Source of the DNA: Paraspadella gotoi
Lineage: Eukaryota; Animalia; Chaetognatha
Direction of reading: 5' to 3'
DNA length: 64,000 nucleotides
Assembly (NCBI GenBank): GCA_051294375.1
Contig: CM119267.1
Location: forward strand, 9,598,339 to 9,662,338
In this document: positions 1 to 13,470 of the stretch, one piece after another
Layout: each line of letters starts with the position of its first letter
Numbering within the stretch: position 1 is the stretch's first letter
Notes under the pieces: model-generated
What the model saw: only the letters and a program-made list of their open reading frames with translations
The model's database searches: none
Told to the model about the DNA's origin: nothing
Made by a program: the position numbers and the translations under genes

Positions 1-1003
1 TTGACTTTGTTATGGTATCAGCACTTTGTCTAGTTTGTTAACAAATAAAAAAAAAGATTTTCATAATATGTCACTATGTATGATATAAAAAACATAGTAA
101 AAACTCATAGAATTTCAGCCGATTTTAATCAACCAGATTTAGTTCCTAATGATACATCTTATTGTAGTCGGGCATTGCCTAGGCTTACAGTATCATTCGT
201 CCGCCCTTTTGAGAAATCTAAAAATGCTTTTCATTCAAAAAATAATAAAAAAGAATTCGATATTCTTTAAAAATTATCTTATGATTCTTTTCTTTGATCG
301 ATTTTCCGATTTTAATTTGCTTAGCGCACTTTTAAAAAGATTAAATTAAAGATTTTATATTTAGCAAACATACACCTATTACTTATAATATAAATATTAA
401 AAAAATATTAAGTTAGATCAATTTCTTTTTAATGTCAAAATTATAAATCAAAAGTCGTTCAAATACCATCAATAATTTTTTTAAGAACCAAATTTGTTGG
501 TTAATAAATTTTTTCTGCATATTTTTTCAAATCAATCTTAAACATTTGAAACATTTCCAATAACTTCAGAGGGCTTCTATGATAATCAGCATTATGAGAA
601 AAAGTTGTTTTTGCCTAAAAAGAGAGGTTTATCCGGAAATTTAGTCCATTTGGATCACTGTGCGGGGGGGGGACGGAGTAGGGGAGGGGTGTGGGCGAGA
701 GGAAAAAAAAACTGCTTTGTCGCCATCTTTAAAATTCATGGCGCCCTGAGTCGGCACCATAGATCGGGGGGATTATCTTTCTCATAAATTTGTCCTCGCA
801 ATTCTTTTTCCTTTTTTTCTTTTTTTTTTCGAATCGAAATTAGTGCGATAATTTGTGTCTAGGGCAGTAGACCGTGACATGGACCGTTTCGTAGCCTCAC
901 CTGCAACGTTTAGGTTAGTGTGCTTGAATATCAGGTAAAAGACGTTTAATGACGTTTAAATTGTAATATTATTTGTTGAACCCCCAAAGGAATCTTTTTC
1001 ATG

Positions 1004-1119
<116 letters not shown>

Positions 1120-2030
1120 ATAAATGTTTCAAAATAGCTGACGAAGAAAGTTTCATATAAATAAACATTAACGTAGCTGGTCGCCGCAGGGATTATTTAT
1201 AAAATAACTAAAACCATTTCCTTGCCGTTCGTCCATGACACTGAACAATATTGGCTCTTAATTATGTTTAACTTATTTGCAATAGAGGAAATGAATTTCG
1301 CATCCGGCTCAAATATCAGTCCCATTTGCGATTCCCAGTCGGAGTCGCTTCTTTTAATTCTCACTCCCCCCTCCCTCTCCCTCTCCCTCTCTCTCTCTTT
1401 TAAAAGTCACGTCGATTCGACGCCACGTCGCCAAATAAAAGCGGCCACGCCCATTTTGAATGGAATCCGAGACGGCGACGGCGTCAACCTTCCATTGTAC
1501 GAATTCAATGGCCGTTGTTCCTTTTTTTTTTCTTTTTCGCCTGCGCGGAGATTAAATAGACGGATGGATGGCGTCGTTGCCGTCAGGGGAAAGACGTTGC
1601 GGGTTGTGTTGCGAGAGGATAGATATCGGAGCGACGTTGGAACACGAATTTTAAAAAAATATAATTTTATTACTAATATTATTATATTATTAATAATATT
1701 AATATTATTATTTTTATTATTTAAAAAAAAACTTATTATTTAAAAATGTTTCCCTTTTTTTTTTTAGGTTTCGGTTTTTTTGAATTTGTGAACGACGGAT
1801 TTTCGGATTTTGAAGCGACATCTGAAATTCGCCAAGAGAACGAGACCTAAACGTCCTCGGTATCGCGAAGAGCGAATAAGCGATTATATCTCGATGCGCC
1901 GCTGAGATATACCCATTCGGTCTCCCCGCCTCCTGGCCGACCGTCTGTACTGAACCAACCAACTCCTCCTCGTTACTCGAGGGAACCACTTCCATCAAAA
2001 ACGGCTTAAACTCCGTCCCTCTACAAATGG

Positions 2031-2075
<45 letters not shown>

Positions 2076-2204
2076 ACGATTCCACTCGCTCTTCGATTTC
2101 TGCCTTAAGATTTTATTACTTTTTTATTTCTCTTCCAAGCTCATTTCCTCCGCGCGCGATTTTAACACTTTTTCACCTCATCTTGCCATCTCTCCATTTC
2201 AAGG

Positions 2205-2247
<43 letters not shown>

Positions 2248-3637
2248 CCTCCCTCCCTCCCTCTCTCCCTCTCTCTCTCTCCTCCATTCTCTCTATAGCT
2301 TTTCTCAATATGCCTGATTCAGACTTTTTTCAGATTGAATCGAGTTTGTTTGTCGCAAATCGTCTTTTCCTAAACGGTTAACATCTTAACTCGTCGACAT
2401 TCATAGAATATTCATTGAATAGCCTTTTTTTAATAAACAGAATGAATATTAAATTAAGAGACGTGTTTTGAAAAAAAAAACCCGGGTAAATCGAATAAAT
2501 TTATATAAAAAAATAAAAACTCACTTTCAACTAATTTAAAACTGAAGAAAAATTTACATAGAATTTTCCATCCAATTATTCCTCCGGTTAATGAAAATAA
2601 AACCAATTTAATTCAGTACCTGAAGGGAAAAAAAAGCCTTAAAGAGATGTCGAAAAACGAGGACGCATCTAAACAGTGCACAACAAAGAACATCACCAAG
2701 TAAAAGAGTTTTATAGACGTCGTGTTTTTTTTCTTTCGCGGACGAGTCTCCTTTTTTCGTCTTCGACCGAATATTTACGTCTTTGCGTTTTTATTATCCT
2801 CAAGATTTATTGGCTCAAGATTTTTTTTTTTCGCCCCAAAAATTTTCGGAGAATTTGGTGGGGGCAGTACTCTCTCCATGCTTATCATCTCCGATCCGAA
2901 CGCTTTCACTTTTTTAATCTATTAATTTGTTAATCTATCAACAAAATACCAAATTAAATCTAAGTTATAAAAATCAACTTGAGAAAATATCATATTAATG
3001 TGGCAAGTTGATGAGATGATTAACAATAACTAATTATTTCAAAAAAATATAAAAAAGAAGTGATATTGCATAAGTATGTTAGCCAATAGAGTAAACATTA
3101 AATATTATAGAAAATGATCCCATCAGCATCACTGTGGAAATGTGGATTGTGGAATCGCACTCTTCAAATGAAGCATGTGATTCTGTGAAAGTTAAAGAGA
3201 AAAAACGTTAATGAAATGTAAAAAAAAAAAGTTGTTTTTCTTTTCCCGCCTTTTTTTAACTCTGGCGTCAACCTTCTTCATCCAGCAGAGTTCGCCAACT
3301 GCGTCTTCGGTGACGTTTCCATCGACGTTGATATCGACACCTTCATTGTCAGCATTTGCTTCGTCGGTGACTTCATCGTTCGTCGTTAGTGTCATCGTTG
3401 ATTTCATCGAGAGCCATCGTTGTCGGCTTTTGTCATCGGATTGGCTCTTGGCTCTTGGCTTCGTCGTTGGCTTCGTCGGTATTTTTGTTATCGACTCCTT
3501 TGTAGTTGTCTGGAAGGTCCTCGTTGGTTTCATTGTCGTCGTCGTGGCGTTCGTCGTCGTCGTCGTCGTCTGCCTCGTCCTCGACTTCCTTCTTTCCTCA
3601 TCTTTCCCGCAGGGAGGAAGACAGCAGCGGGATTTTT

Positions 3638-3695
3638 ATAATATAATATAATATAATATAATATAATATAATATAATATAATATAATATAATATA
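3638..3695. repeat. (ATAAT)n pentamer microsatellite
   Basis: About 11 perfect copies. Confidence 0.9.
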
Positions 3696-5734
3696 AAAAG
3701 AAAAAAGTAAGGTGTTTTAGTTAAGTTAGCTAAACTAACAAAAAAATGTAAAAAAGACTAAGAATGATAATACATTTCGCCACGTATCTCACTGAATAGT
3801 GAGTTCGAACTCATAGAAAAATCATTTCATCCGAACGAAAATAATCAATTTAAATCCATTTTTTCCCCTCACTCATTAAAATATAAGAAAGCGGAGATTA
3901 CGAAAGAAGTAAGACGGAAAACGAATCGAAGGGGAAAAAAGCTTTTTAATTGAACAATAAAAATCCTAAACTAAAAGCATCGAATGGGTAACTTAAGAAA
4001 CTCAGTTGACGAGAAAAGTTTAAAAAGAAAATTAGCTATTGCACAAAGTCTACACAGAAAATGTTTATATATTTAAATGAGAATAGATAAAACAAGAACG
4101 GTAAATCCAATGTGTTTCGCCGCAGTGACTTTATATTCGTGTATATTTCCCTTTGATCACATATGACATGACATGACATGACTAACAAACTTTTTTGCCC
4201 GTCTATTTTTGACATGCACTGCATAGAATTTCGTATTTTATTAGGAATTCCTGAAGCCGCCGCTAGCAGTCACTTAGATTTGAAGGTTTTTTTCTGTCTT
4301 AACGAATGAGCAACCAACTGTAGGCAAATTTTATGAAATTTTAACGTAAAGTGGGACGGACAGACCGACCGAACGACCGAAAAGTGACTTAAAAACAGAT
4401 TGTTTCTCTTCAAGTTCACTCTTGTATCGAGGGGTTCTTTTTTTTTTTTCGTCGCGGTCGTCACCGCCCACGTTGTCGTCGTCGTCATCGTCGTCATGGT
4501 TTATGCAAAGATGGCGCCGACGAAAAAGCAACGGAAGGTCGAGGGTCGCGATAAAAAGGACGCCGCTTTTCCCGCCTTCAAGAAATAATGGGCGCTTAAT
4601 ATCTAGAAGGAAAGGCGGGGGAGTAAAGGGTTGGGGTGGATTGGGTGCCTGGCTGGAGGGTGGTTTGGGTGGGGCTGGAAAGTGGTCGTTGGAGGAGACA
4701 ATGAAGTCGACGCGTAAAGGGGAAGGGGAAGGGGAAACACGTAGACTGACGATGAAGAGAAGAAAGCATGGCGGCCGCGATAATGAAGAAAGACGACATG
4801 TCGGTGGTAAAAACAAGATGACAGGGCAGCGGCTTTGATAAGTAAAAAGACATAGCATATGGGATGAAGACATGGAGACGGCGAAATGAACGAGAAGACA
4901 TATCTGGGTGGTAAAGACGTGAGGACATGGCGGCCGTTAACATTAGAAGGCATGCCGGCGGCGCTAATTAGTGTAAACAAACTTGTTGTGCGGAAGATAA
5001 GACATGGGATTTGAGCTCAAGAGAATAAAACGAGGTTGTACCGGTTTAAAGACATGGTGGAGTCCATGAGGAGAACAAACAAGGCGGCGGCGGTGAAAAA
5101 GAAAAAGAAAAAGCAGGGTGTCGGCCACGAGGAAGTCGTTAGATCTCATCTTCGCCCTCATCACACTGTTGGTTGAGTCGACACAAAATCCTAATCATCA
5201 TCGTTGTCGTCGTTGTTGCTGTCGTCGTTGTTGTCGTCGTGTTTGTTTCGCCGGTTTTTGATGTCGTGGGTTTTGACAGCCGCTGTCACCGTCGATGACA
5301 CCGTTTTATCATTCAAACTTTAGCTCGATTCAGTGGGAAAAGGGCACGTCGAGGGATGTTTCATAAATTATAATTTATCGTTTTTTTAGGGGGGGTTTTC
5401 GAGAGATCAATTTTGTTGTTTTTAGAAGCTGAGAGCTTAGAAGCTCATTGCAGCAAATTAATGTGTAGGAAAAGTTGTTGGGTTTTGAATCATGTTACAT
5501 GTACAATTTGTACAATGTAAATGTTTCCGCCGAATTTTTCGCTCTTTATCGTCGATTTAATAAAAAATTTTTGAGCGGAAAAGCGACGTCATTCGCTCAA
5601 CATTTGATCTTATCAGGTAACGTTTGTGTGGGTTTTGAGCTAAAATTCAGCTCTGGTCAGAGGCTTTATGAAGAGAATAAAATAATAAAGAAGATAAGAA
5701 CGCACCAAAAAAAAAAAGCTGAAAAATTGAATCG

Positions 5735-6200
5735 GTTTTTAATGAAAAGGGAAAAAAATTTGAAAAGGAAAAGAAAAGGAGAGGGTGGGGAAGGAAGGAA
5801 AAAGGGAGGGTGGGAAATGAAAAAGGGAAAGGAAGGGTGGAAAGGAAAAAGAAAAAAAGACGGTGAAGAAAGGAAAAGCGAAAAGGAGAGGGAGGGAAAA
5901 GAAAAGGAAGGGTGCGGAAAAGAAAAGGAAAGAGAGGGTGAAAAAAAGAAAAGGAAAGTGATGAGCCGGTGGAAAAAAGAAAAAGAAAAAGGAGAGGGTG
6001 GAAAGGAAAAAGGAAAAGGAGGGGTGGGAAAGGAAAATAAAAAAGAGAGGGTGAGAAAGGAAAAGGAAAGGAGAGGGAGGGAAAAGAAAAGGAAAGGGTG
6101 GGAAAAGAAAAGGAAAGGAGAGGGTGATAAGAAAAGGAAAGGAGAGGGTGGGAAACGAAAAGAAAAAGGAGAGGGTGGAAAAAGAAAATGGATGGTGTGA
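5735..6200. repeat. Purine-rich degenerate minisatellite, ~25-bp unit (AAAGGAAAAGGAAAGGAGAGGGTGG)
   Basis: Recurring GAGGGTGG/GGGTG cores separated by A/G runs; explains the spurious K/E/G-rich and F/P/L-rich ORFs. Confidence 0.8.
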
Positions 6201-7219
6201 AAAGATGGGTTGGAATTCCGTTCAAAGACGGCGCATCGATGATCCTAACGGCTCCCTTTATGAAGATGGATCTTGGGACCCAAAAGAGAAAAAAGAGGCG
6301 AAACGATATCCTTGTTCCAGAATCCGCGCGAGGTGTGTTTTTTTTTCTCATGGCTTTCGGCCGGGATCGCTGCCGGAACTGTTGGCGGAACTGCTGCCGG
6401 GTCCGCTCATTCGCGAGGGAGAAATCTAGGCAGGGAGGGATTGCAAATATTTGGGAAAGGCGGTAGGGGCGGAGGGGGCGGCGGGTGGGGCAAAAATTCA
6501 GTAGCGGCAGCAGCGAAAAACTAAGCTGAAGGAGCAAAGGATTTAGATGCAGGCAAAAGTGGTGGAAGCTCAGGCGAGAGAGTCTTCAACAATCTCGACG
6601 GCGTGATGAGTGGGATTTGTTCGAAGTGATTGAGAGATACTAAGATGATAGAAAGAGTGTGAGAAACATGGCGTGATAACTAAATAAAGAAATTGAAATG
6701 TTGTTATTGAACCTCCATATGAAGAGAGCAGAGAAAAAAAATCAAAGAAAAAAATTTCGGAAGTAAATACGTGACAAAAGTTTTTTTTCGGAATTTCTAA
6801 TTTTAGCCATTTTTTTTCCTGTTCGGCTTTGGCTATACAAAGGCTAACCCAATGATTTATAGATGTATATGTAGCAACGATTTGAGTATATATATCTGTT
6901 ACTCATAATTAGTCATCATAGATTCACGATTCTTATGCTGCGACGGGCATTTTTCTTGTCATCTTCTTCGAGGCGAAAAAGACCGAGGACTCTTTTTTTT
7001 TCATCCCAACGCGTAATACTTTTTTTTTGTGCCTCGCGGACGTCGCTGAGAACCACCATTAGTTAAATATTTAATTTGGAAAAAAAAAATATATTTTTTT
7101 TCCATTTGCGAGGAATGAATAATAAAAACACCGCCGCGAGGACGCGATCCGGTTGTTCAGAAAGACTTTTCCATTCGTTTTGAACTTTTTTTTCTGTATC
7201 GCAATACGCCTGACTCCCG

Positions 7220-7268
7220 ACTGCAGGCTGCAGGCTGCAGGCTGCAGGCTGCAGGCTGCATGCTGCAC
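7220..7268. repeat. (CTGCAGG)n heptamer repeat
   Basis: About 6 tandem copies visible. Confidence 0.85.
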
Positions 7269-7977
7269 GGAATTATGACCGGGATCCAAACCCCCAAAAA
7301 ATTGAAGCTTTTAGTCCAATTTGAGCCGGAGCCGAAGGTCTGCGGGACGAGCCGGTTAATCCGTCTAAATGATTGGTTTTACAGCCTGATCCAAACCTCA
7401 GGGACCGCTAATAAACATTATTTAATTTAAATCATCTTCTATTTTCAACTTTGTAGTAATTCACGTTTGAGACTACGATTGGCCGAGAAATAAACCGGGG
7501 GAAATTCTTCCTTGACGAACATCACTGTTCTCTCGCCGCGCGAATCAACTTCCGCCTCCGTTCCATTTCGCTCGCCTCGGCGTTTCTAAAAATAGCATCT
7601 AATGTACGATTCCATCTCACGAGGGGAAAGGATATGAGAATATGTGATATGTGAATCCCGTCGGGTAAACTGACACGACTGCCAAGTGTGAAGGGAGAAC
7701 AAACCGCTCGCCTTAACCAAATGCTAAAACATAATCCTGTTGATACTTTCATTTGCAACCACTCATAGAAAATGTATTTAATCTAGGTTCGGTCAATGGG
7801 AGTCAAGGTTATAAAGGTCTTACGTCTTCGTGCTCGGCAGTCTCACTTTTATGCACATTGCACATATAAACCGTGAGCCTCTGAGCCGATAGAAAAATGT
7901 TTTGTTTCTGGATAATCCTTCTCTCGTACAATGGCATTCTACTCTCCTCTCTCTCTCTCTCTCTCTCTCCTCCTCTC

Positions 7978-8021
<44 letters not shown>

Positions 8022-8645
8022 GGATATGGAATCGCCAAGCGATAAAATTCTTCGGATATCTCCGCTTGCTTCCGAGGATCGAATCGATTCGATGGCTTCG
8101 TGTCAACCAGAGTCTCTTCCCATCAGAAATTGCTTGAAAATTTTATGACTATGTATATTTTATTTCTACTAAGACCCTGACGACATAACTACAAAACTAT
8201 AATAATTGTTGACGCGTTTCTTGACTTTTCCGTAATCGACTTAAAGAGAAGCGACCGATAATCGGTCTAATCGCCTCGAAGCGTCAACGTTCCGCCCACT
8301 CAAAAAAAGAGAAAAAAAAACCCCGGAGTTACTCTTCCTTACCCTCTCATGTCTCCATCCCTCCATTTTTCCACCCACCCCCCGACGCCATCTGTTGTTG
8401 GCATCAAAGCGAAGACGACGTCACAAAAATAACCCCGTCGCCGCTGGTCAAGGAGAAGCGAAACATTAGGACTTAGTTTTCGGAAATAAGGTGTAAAGAA
8501 GAAGGAATGAGGAAAAAGGAAAAAAAGGATGGCTTTGGAAGGAAAAGGAAGAGAACATCAAAAGAATGGAGACAGGTGAAAAAAATAAGAAGCGAAAGGC
8601 GAGGAATAAGGGTTAAGACCGAGAGACGAGCAGGAGAGAGAGGAG

Positions 8646-8690
<45 letters not shown>

Positions 8691-9486
8691 CGAGAGAGAG
8701 AGAGAGAGAGAGAAGAGAAACAAGGTACATATTGTCTCAACCACTTATTTTTTCCCGAAATGGATATTGTGCCTTCGGATAGGCAGGTGCTTGAATCTGG
8801 GTCGAGTATAGTGGCTCCAACTAGTTCATAGAATTGACGTCACGTTTTTCCGTCATGTTTTTTNNNNNNNNNNAGATGGATTTGTTTTCGTTGAAAAAAA
8901 AACAAAGAAATGTTGAAGCCCTTTAGTTTAAAATTCGTTTTTTAACTAGAAGCAGAAATGAAATTTCGTTTGGATATTTTATATCCTTCTGTTTCTTTTT
9001 TCACGTGCAATAGGTTTTGCTAGATAAAACTTTCCCTTAGACTTTGTTCGATAATTCTAAAGGAAAGGGAATGTGGCAGTGTGGAAGTGTGGCAGTGTGG
9101 CGGTGTAGCTCGGAAAATATGATCAGCTTGCGGGGATGAAACCCTTAGCCAAGGATTAGTGTAACTTTTCCTTTCTCCCTTTCTCTCTATAGCTTTTTCT
9201 TGATTAGAAAACTCATCAAAACGCATCAAAACAAGTTGTCTTCGCAGGAATCTTATCTTTCTCTGTCTCTCTGTCTCTGACTCTCTCTGCCTCTGTCTGT
9301 CTCTGTCTCTCTGTCTTTAGTATTATGTAAAAAAGTAATAATTCTCGTAAAACTATTACGTTTTATGTTTTTCTCTTACTCCGAGCGTCTTTCACGTCTT
9401 CTGCCTCATTTTGACGTCCGAACAATTTGCTTCGGGTCTTTTAATGGAGTCATAACGCGCGATAACAACTCTTCGCCGAGGGGTAG

Positions 9487-9597
9487 TGACAGTGTCGAGG
9501 CCGTGACAGAGCCATGGCGGTGACAGAGACGAGGCCGTGACAGAGCCATGGCGGTGACAGAGACGAGGTGTGACAGAACCGAGGCGTGACGGAGTCA
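9487..9597. repeat. 17-bp minisatellite (GTGACAGAG-N8) with two alternating variants
   Basis: gtgacagagccatggcg and gtgacagagacgaggcc alternate; about 7 units. Confidence 0.85.
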
Positions 9598-9842
9598 GAG
9601 AAAAATCTCTGGGATTCTGTCGTCAGTTTTTTTTATTATTTTTTTTATAAATAATTTTTTTTAATGACGCGTTTCGCAAGTGATAAGCGGACTGCTCGAC
9701 TGTTCAACCTCAAACGTTTTTTTGACAAACATTGGCTGACGTTTTATCTTTTATCTTTGACGGACGCGTCATTTTGCTTTAAAGCTCAAAGCTCAAAGCT
9801 TAAATTATTTCCGCTTTTCAATCAACTCCCCTTCGCTCCGCC

Positions 9843-10786
9843 TTTTAAGGACAACTTAATAATGAAGTATGTCAACAGCCCGGACAACGATTTAAGCCGA
9901 CAATTTAAGGACAACTTTAATAAGCAAGTATGTCAACAGCCGGACAATTTAAGGGACAATTTAAGCGACAATTTAATAATGAAGTATTAGTCAACTAGGG
10001 CAATTTAACGGACATAAAGGACAATTTATAATGAAGTCTGATGTCAACAGACCGCGACAATTTAAGCGACAATTTCAGGACAATTTAATAAATGAAGTAT
10101 AGTTCAACAGCCGGACATTAAGCGACAATTTAAAAGGACAATTTAATAATGAAGTATGTGTCAAAGCCGGACAATTTAAGGACAATGTTAAGGACAATTT
10201 AATAATGAAGTATGTCAACAGCCGGACAATTAAGGGACAATTTTAAGGACAATTTAATAATGAAGTATGCTCAACAGCCAGCCGGACAATTTAAGGACAA
10301 TTTAAGAACAATTTAATAATGAAGTATGTCAACAGCCGGACAATTTAAGGACAATTTAAGGACAATTTAATAATGAAGTATGTCAACAGCCCGGACAATT
10401 TTAAGGACAATTTAAGGACAATTTAATAATGAAGTATGTCAACAGGCCGGACAATTTAAGGAACAATTTAAGGACAATTAATAATGAAGTTATTCAAAGA
10501 GTGCAACCGGACAATTTAAGGACAATTAAGGACAATTTAATAATGAAGTATGTCAACAGCCGGACAATTATAAGACTTTAAGGGACAATTTAAGGACAAA
10601 ATTTAATAATGAAGTATGTCAACAGCGGACAATTTAAGGACAATTTAAGGGACAATTTATAATGAAGTATGTCAACAGCCGACAATTTAAGGACAATTTA
10701 AGGACAATTTAATAATGAAGTATGTCAACAGCCGACAATTTAAGGACAATTTAAGACAAATTAATAATGAAGTATGTCAACAGCCG
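9843..10786. repeat. ~54-bp tandem satellite, about 17 copies: (GGACAATTTAA)x3 + TAATGAAGTATGTCAACAGCC
   Basis: The TGAAGTATGTCAACAGCC core recurs every ~54 nt, with an internal 11-bp subrepeat. Confidence 0.95.
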
Positions 10787-10805
10787 GGTTGCCTGTGATG
10801 CCCAT

Positions 10806-11422
10806 TAAGGCGTAGTGAAAGTTACATACGAAAATTCTAAAAGTCAATTATAAACAAACATACCATCAGTGAACATTAATTTGTAAAAAAATTAATTTTA
10901 TGTTTTTTAATTTTGCAGTAGCTTATATTTTATATATAGTACTATCCTTATAAAATCGAAAAATTTTAAAATAGGCTTTTCTTAATTTTGATTGCAGATT
11001 TGAATTCCTCGTCAAAAGTTGATAAAAGAAAATATAAATCATTTTTTTAAAAATTCTTTCATTAAGTGGGTTAAAAATTAAAAAACTATATTTAATATAT
11101 AAAAAGTTAATTTTCAGCTTAAATATAGCCTTTTTCTAATTTTGACTCACCTAATGAAGGAATTTTTCAAAAAGAGTTATATATTTCTTTTTATCAACTT
11201 TTTATGACAAAATCCAAATCTGCAAAAATATCTTAGAAAAAACTGTTTGAAATTTTAACATTTATTGGTTAGTACTAGTAAATATGGGGTGCCTACTGCG
11301 CTAAATTGAAAAAATTTATTATAATTTTTTTTATTACATAAATGTTCATTAGTATAATGTTGTTTATCCTCACTTTTAGAATTTTATATTAAAGTTAGAT
11401 TTAGAAATTTTACTACGCCTTA
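10806..11422. mobile_element. hAT-like MITE (617 bp, fold-back)
   Basis: TIRs TAAGGCGTAGT...ACTACGCCTTA. Perfect 8-bp TSD ATGCCCAT (10798-10805 and 11423-11430). Long imperfect internal inverted arms; no ORF. Confidence 0.85.
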
Positions 11423-13435
11423 ATGCCCATTGGGATGGAGCAAACTCCCTGTTGGCTTTGGGGGCTTCCGACCCTCAGTGACGCGTCCAGTCACTGGCGC
11501 GGTTACCCTAGGACGCTTTGCCAACACGGAGGGAAGTCGTTAGGACCGAGGATGGAACACAACGCCTGGTATGGTGTCTTCCCCCCTGAGCCAATGGTAT
11601 TGGCTGAATGATCGTGGACGCGAGGCGGAGTGAATATACCGCCACAGAAGTTTCAAAGGCTTAATAAAGAATTTTCTGATCGATGTAGAAACGAAGATCT
11701 TTTTATCGAATCATTCTAGCATGAAAGGAAAAAAGAATTTTTTAAAAAAATATTTTCTATTTTTACCACGCATATTCAAAAAAAAAGAAGTTAAAAGCGT
11801 TCTTTAAAATTAAAGTTAAACGAGCTCTCTGTTTTAGGTCGCAACGAAAATTCCGACGCTAAATGAAAAGAAATAAAGATTTAAAGCGACCCTCGGGGAA
11901 AATCAAACGAATCGGAGGAGAATTTCGGTTAATGTTTGGCGGAATAAATTCGTTAAGCCTTTTAACGTTAGTTGCGAATGGGACTGGGACCTCTCATCGA
12001 TCCTTCACAAATACCCCCATGGACTTTCCGGATATATTCTTTTTTTGGGGGGATATATGTAGAATTGTAGATTGTAGATATACATTTGACTTAAAAATTT
12101 AGTAATAATCTTTTTAATTTCTGCTGGCGATTGTCGAAGACTGAACCCTTTACGTCCGAGTTAAGGCACGGAGAAGAAAGGCTCCATTTCGATATAATTC
12201 AAATGGAATCGCGAATTGGGAACTGAGAAATAAATTTGCACGCGATTAATTTTGACGCCGATTTCGTTGCGGTTGGGGAGAAATGCATTTCAGATTTTGC
12301 GTCAGCAATGAGAAAAAATTATCTCTCTCTATATATCTTTTTCTCTTTTCAAACCTTTTTCTTCAAATACTTGCCACCATCTCTCAACATCTCTCCCACT
12401 CTTGCATGCACAAGTTAAACAGACGGTAATAAACGCTATTAACTATTCTCCCATTTCCTGGAAAAGATGATGTTTGAAATTCAAATTCGATTACGCAAGA
12501 AGAGCCACGCACTTTGTCGTTCTTCTTATTTTCCTAAAAAGAGAAGCTGGCAAAAAGTTTAAAATACGTCCTCTCGAGACAACTTATGTAACTATTCTTA
12601 ATTTTCCTAATACTTACGATATTTTTTTTATCAAAGACGAGACTGATTTCCGATGATTCCAAAAGATTGCAAATGAAAGGCTATTTCGAACGTCGGGCAA
12701 ATATTGGACAACACCCAATATATTCCAAAGAGCTCCTTCCTCAGTCACAAACCGAACTTAAACTCCCGTCAATCAAACCCCCCCCCAAATTGCCCTTATT
12801 AAGTTATATATTTACTTTCCCCCGTGAAAAAAAAAATACTCCGAATTTCCGAAAAGAGCGAAATTGGCGAGTTCCCGTTTCTCCTCTCTAACGCCCCCCT
12901 CTCCTCCGCTCCCCCTTTCCCCTCCTTACCCTTACTCCCCCCGCGCGCCACCGACAACGGTCGTAAAGGAATTGTTTCAACCCGCAAATAGTCGTAAACG
13001 AAGGGACGAGGTTTTATGAACACGGCAATAGCAGAGCCATGCAGGCGCTGTTCTTTGAAGGAGACGCTGTTGACTTTTGTGGGAAGGAGGAAGCTATTAA
13101 AATCATATATTTTCGCATTAAAGAAGAACGGATAAATATATTCTGAATTTATAATGTTTCCCTTAACTCCTCTATATTCAAATTTTATTTCAAATTCTGT
13201 TGTTTCTATTCCGTGGTTGATTCTCGCAGCTAAAATACAAAAAGTCACGGCTTTTTTGAGAACCTATGACTATGTCTATGTTTGTAGTCACTTGCTGCTA
13301 CGTCATAAAATAATCCAAATGGTTCAAAAATAAAATCACCAATGTAATTTTAGTCTAAAAAAAATTTAAAAATTTCACACTCGGCACGAGGCGCCTCGTA
13401 ATGAGATCGTCGCCTTCGTCTCTGTCGTCTTCATT

Positions 13436-13470
<35 letters not shown>

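Noticed and set aside
3192-3651. Thr-rich (minus) and hydrophobic (plus) ORFs suggesting a mucin or membrane protein
   Set aside because: Built on (GTC)n-derived sequence that is common throughout the window; no supporting splice structure or homology.
5475-6537. 241-aa and 296-aa ORFs
   Set aside because: Produced by a stop-poor purine-rich minisatellite; low-complexity translation with no domain.
9843-10786. CRISPR-like appearance of a constant core with intervening sequence
   Set aside because: The intervening sequences are repeats of the same 11-mer, not unique spacers; there are no cas genes and the context is eukaryotic.
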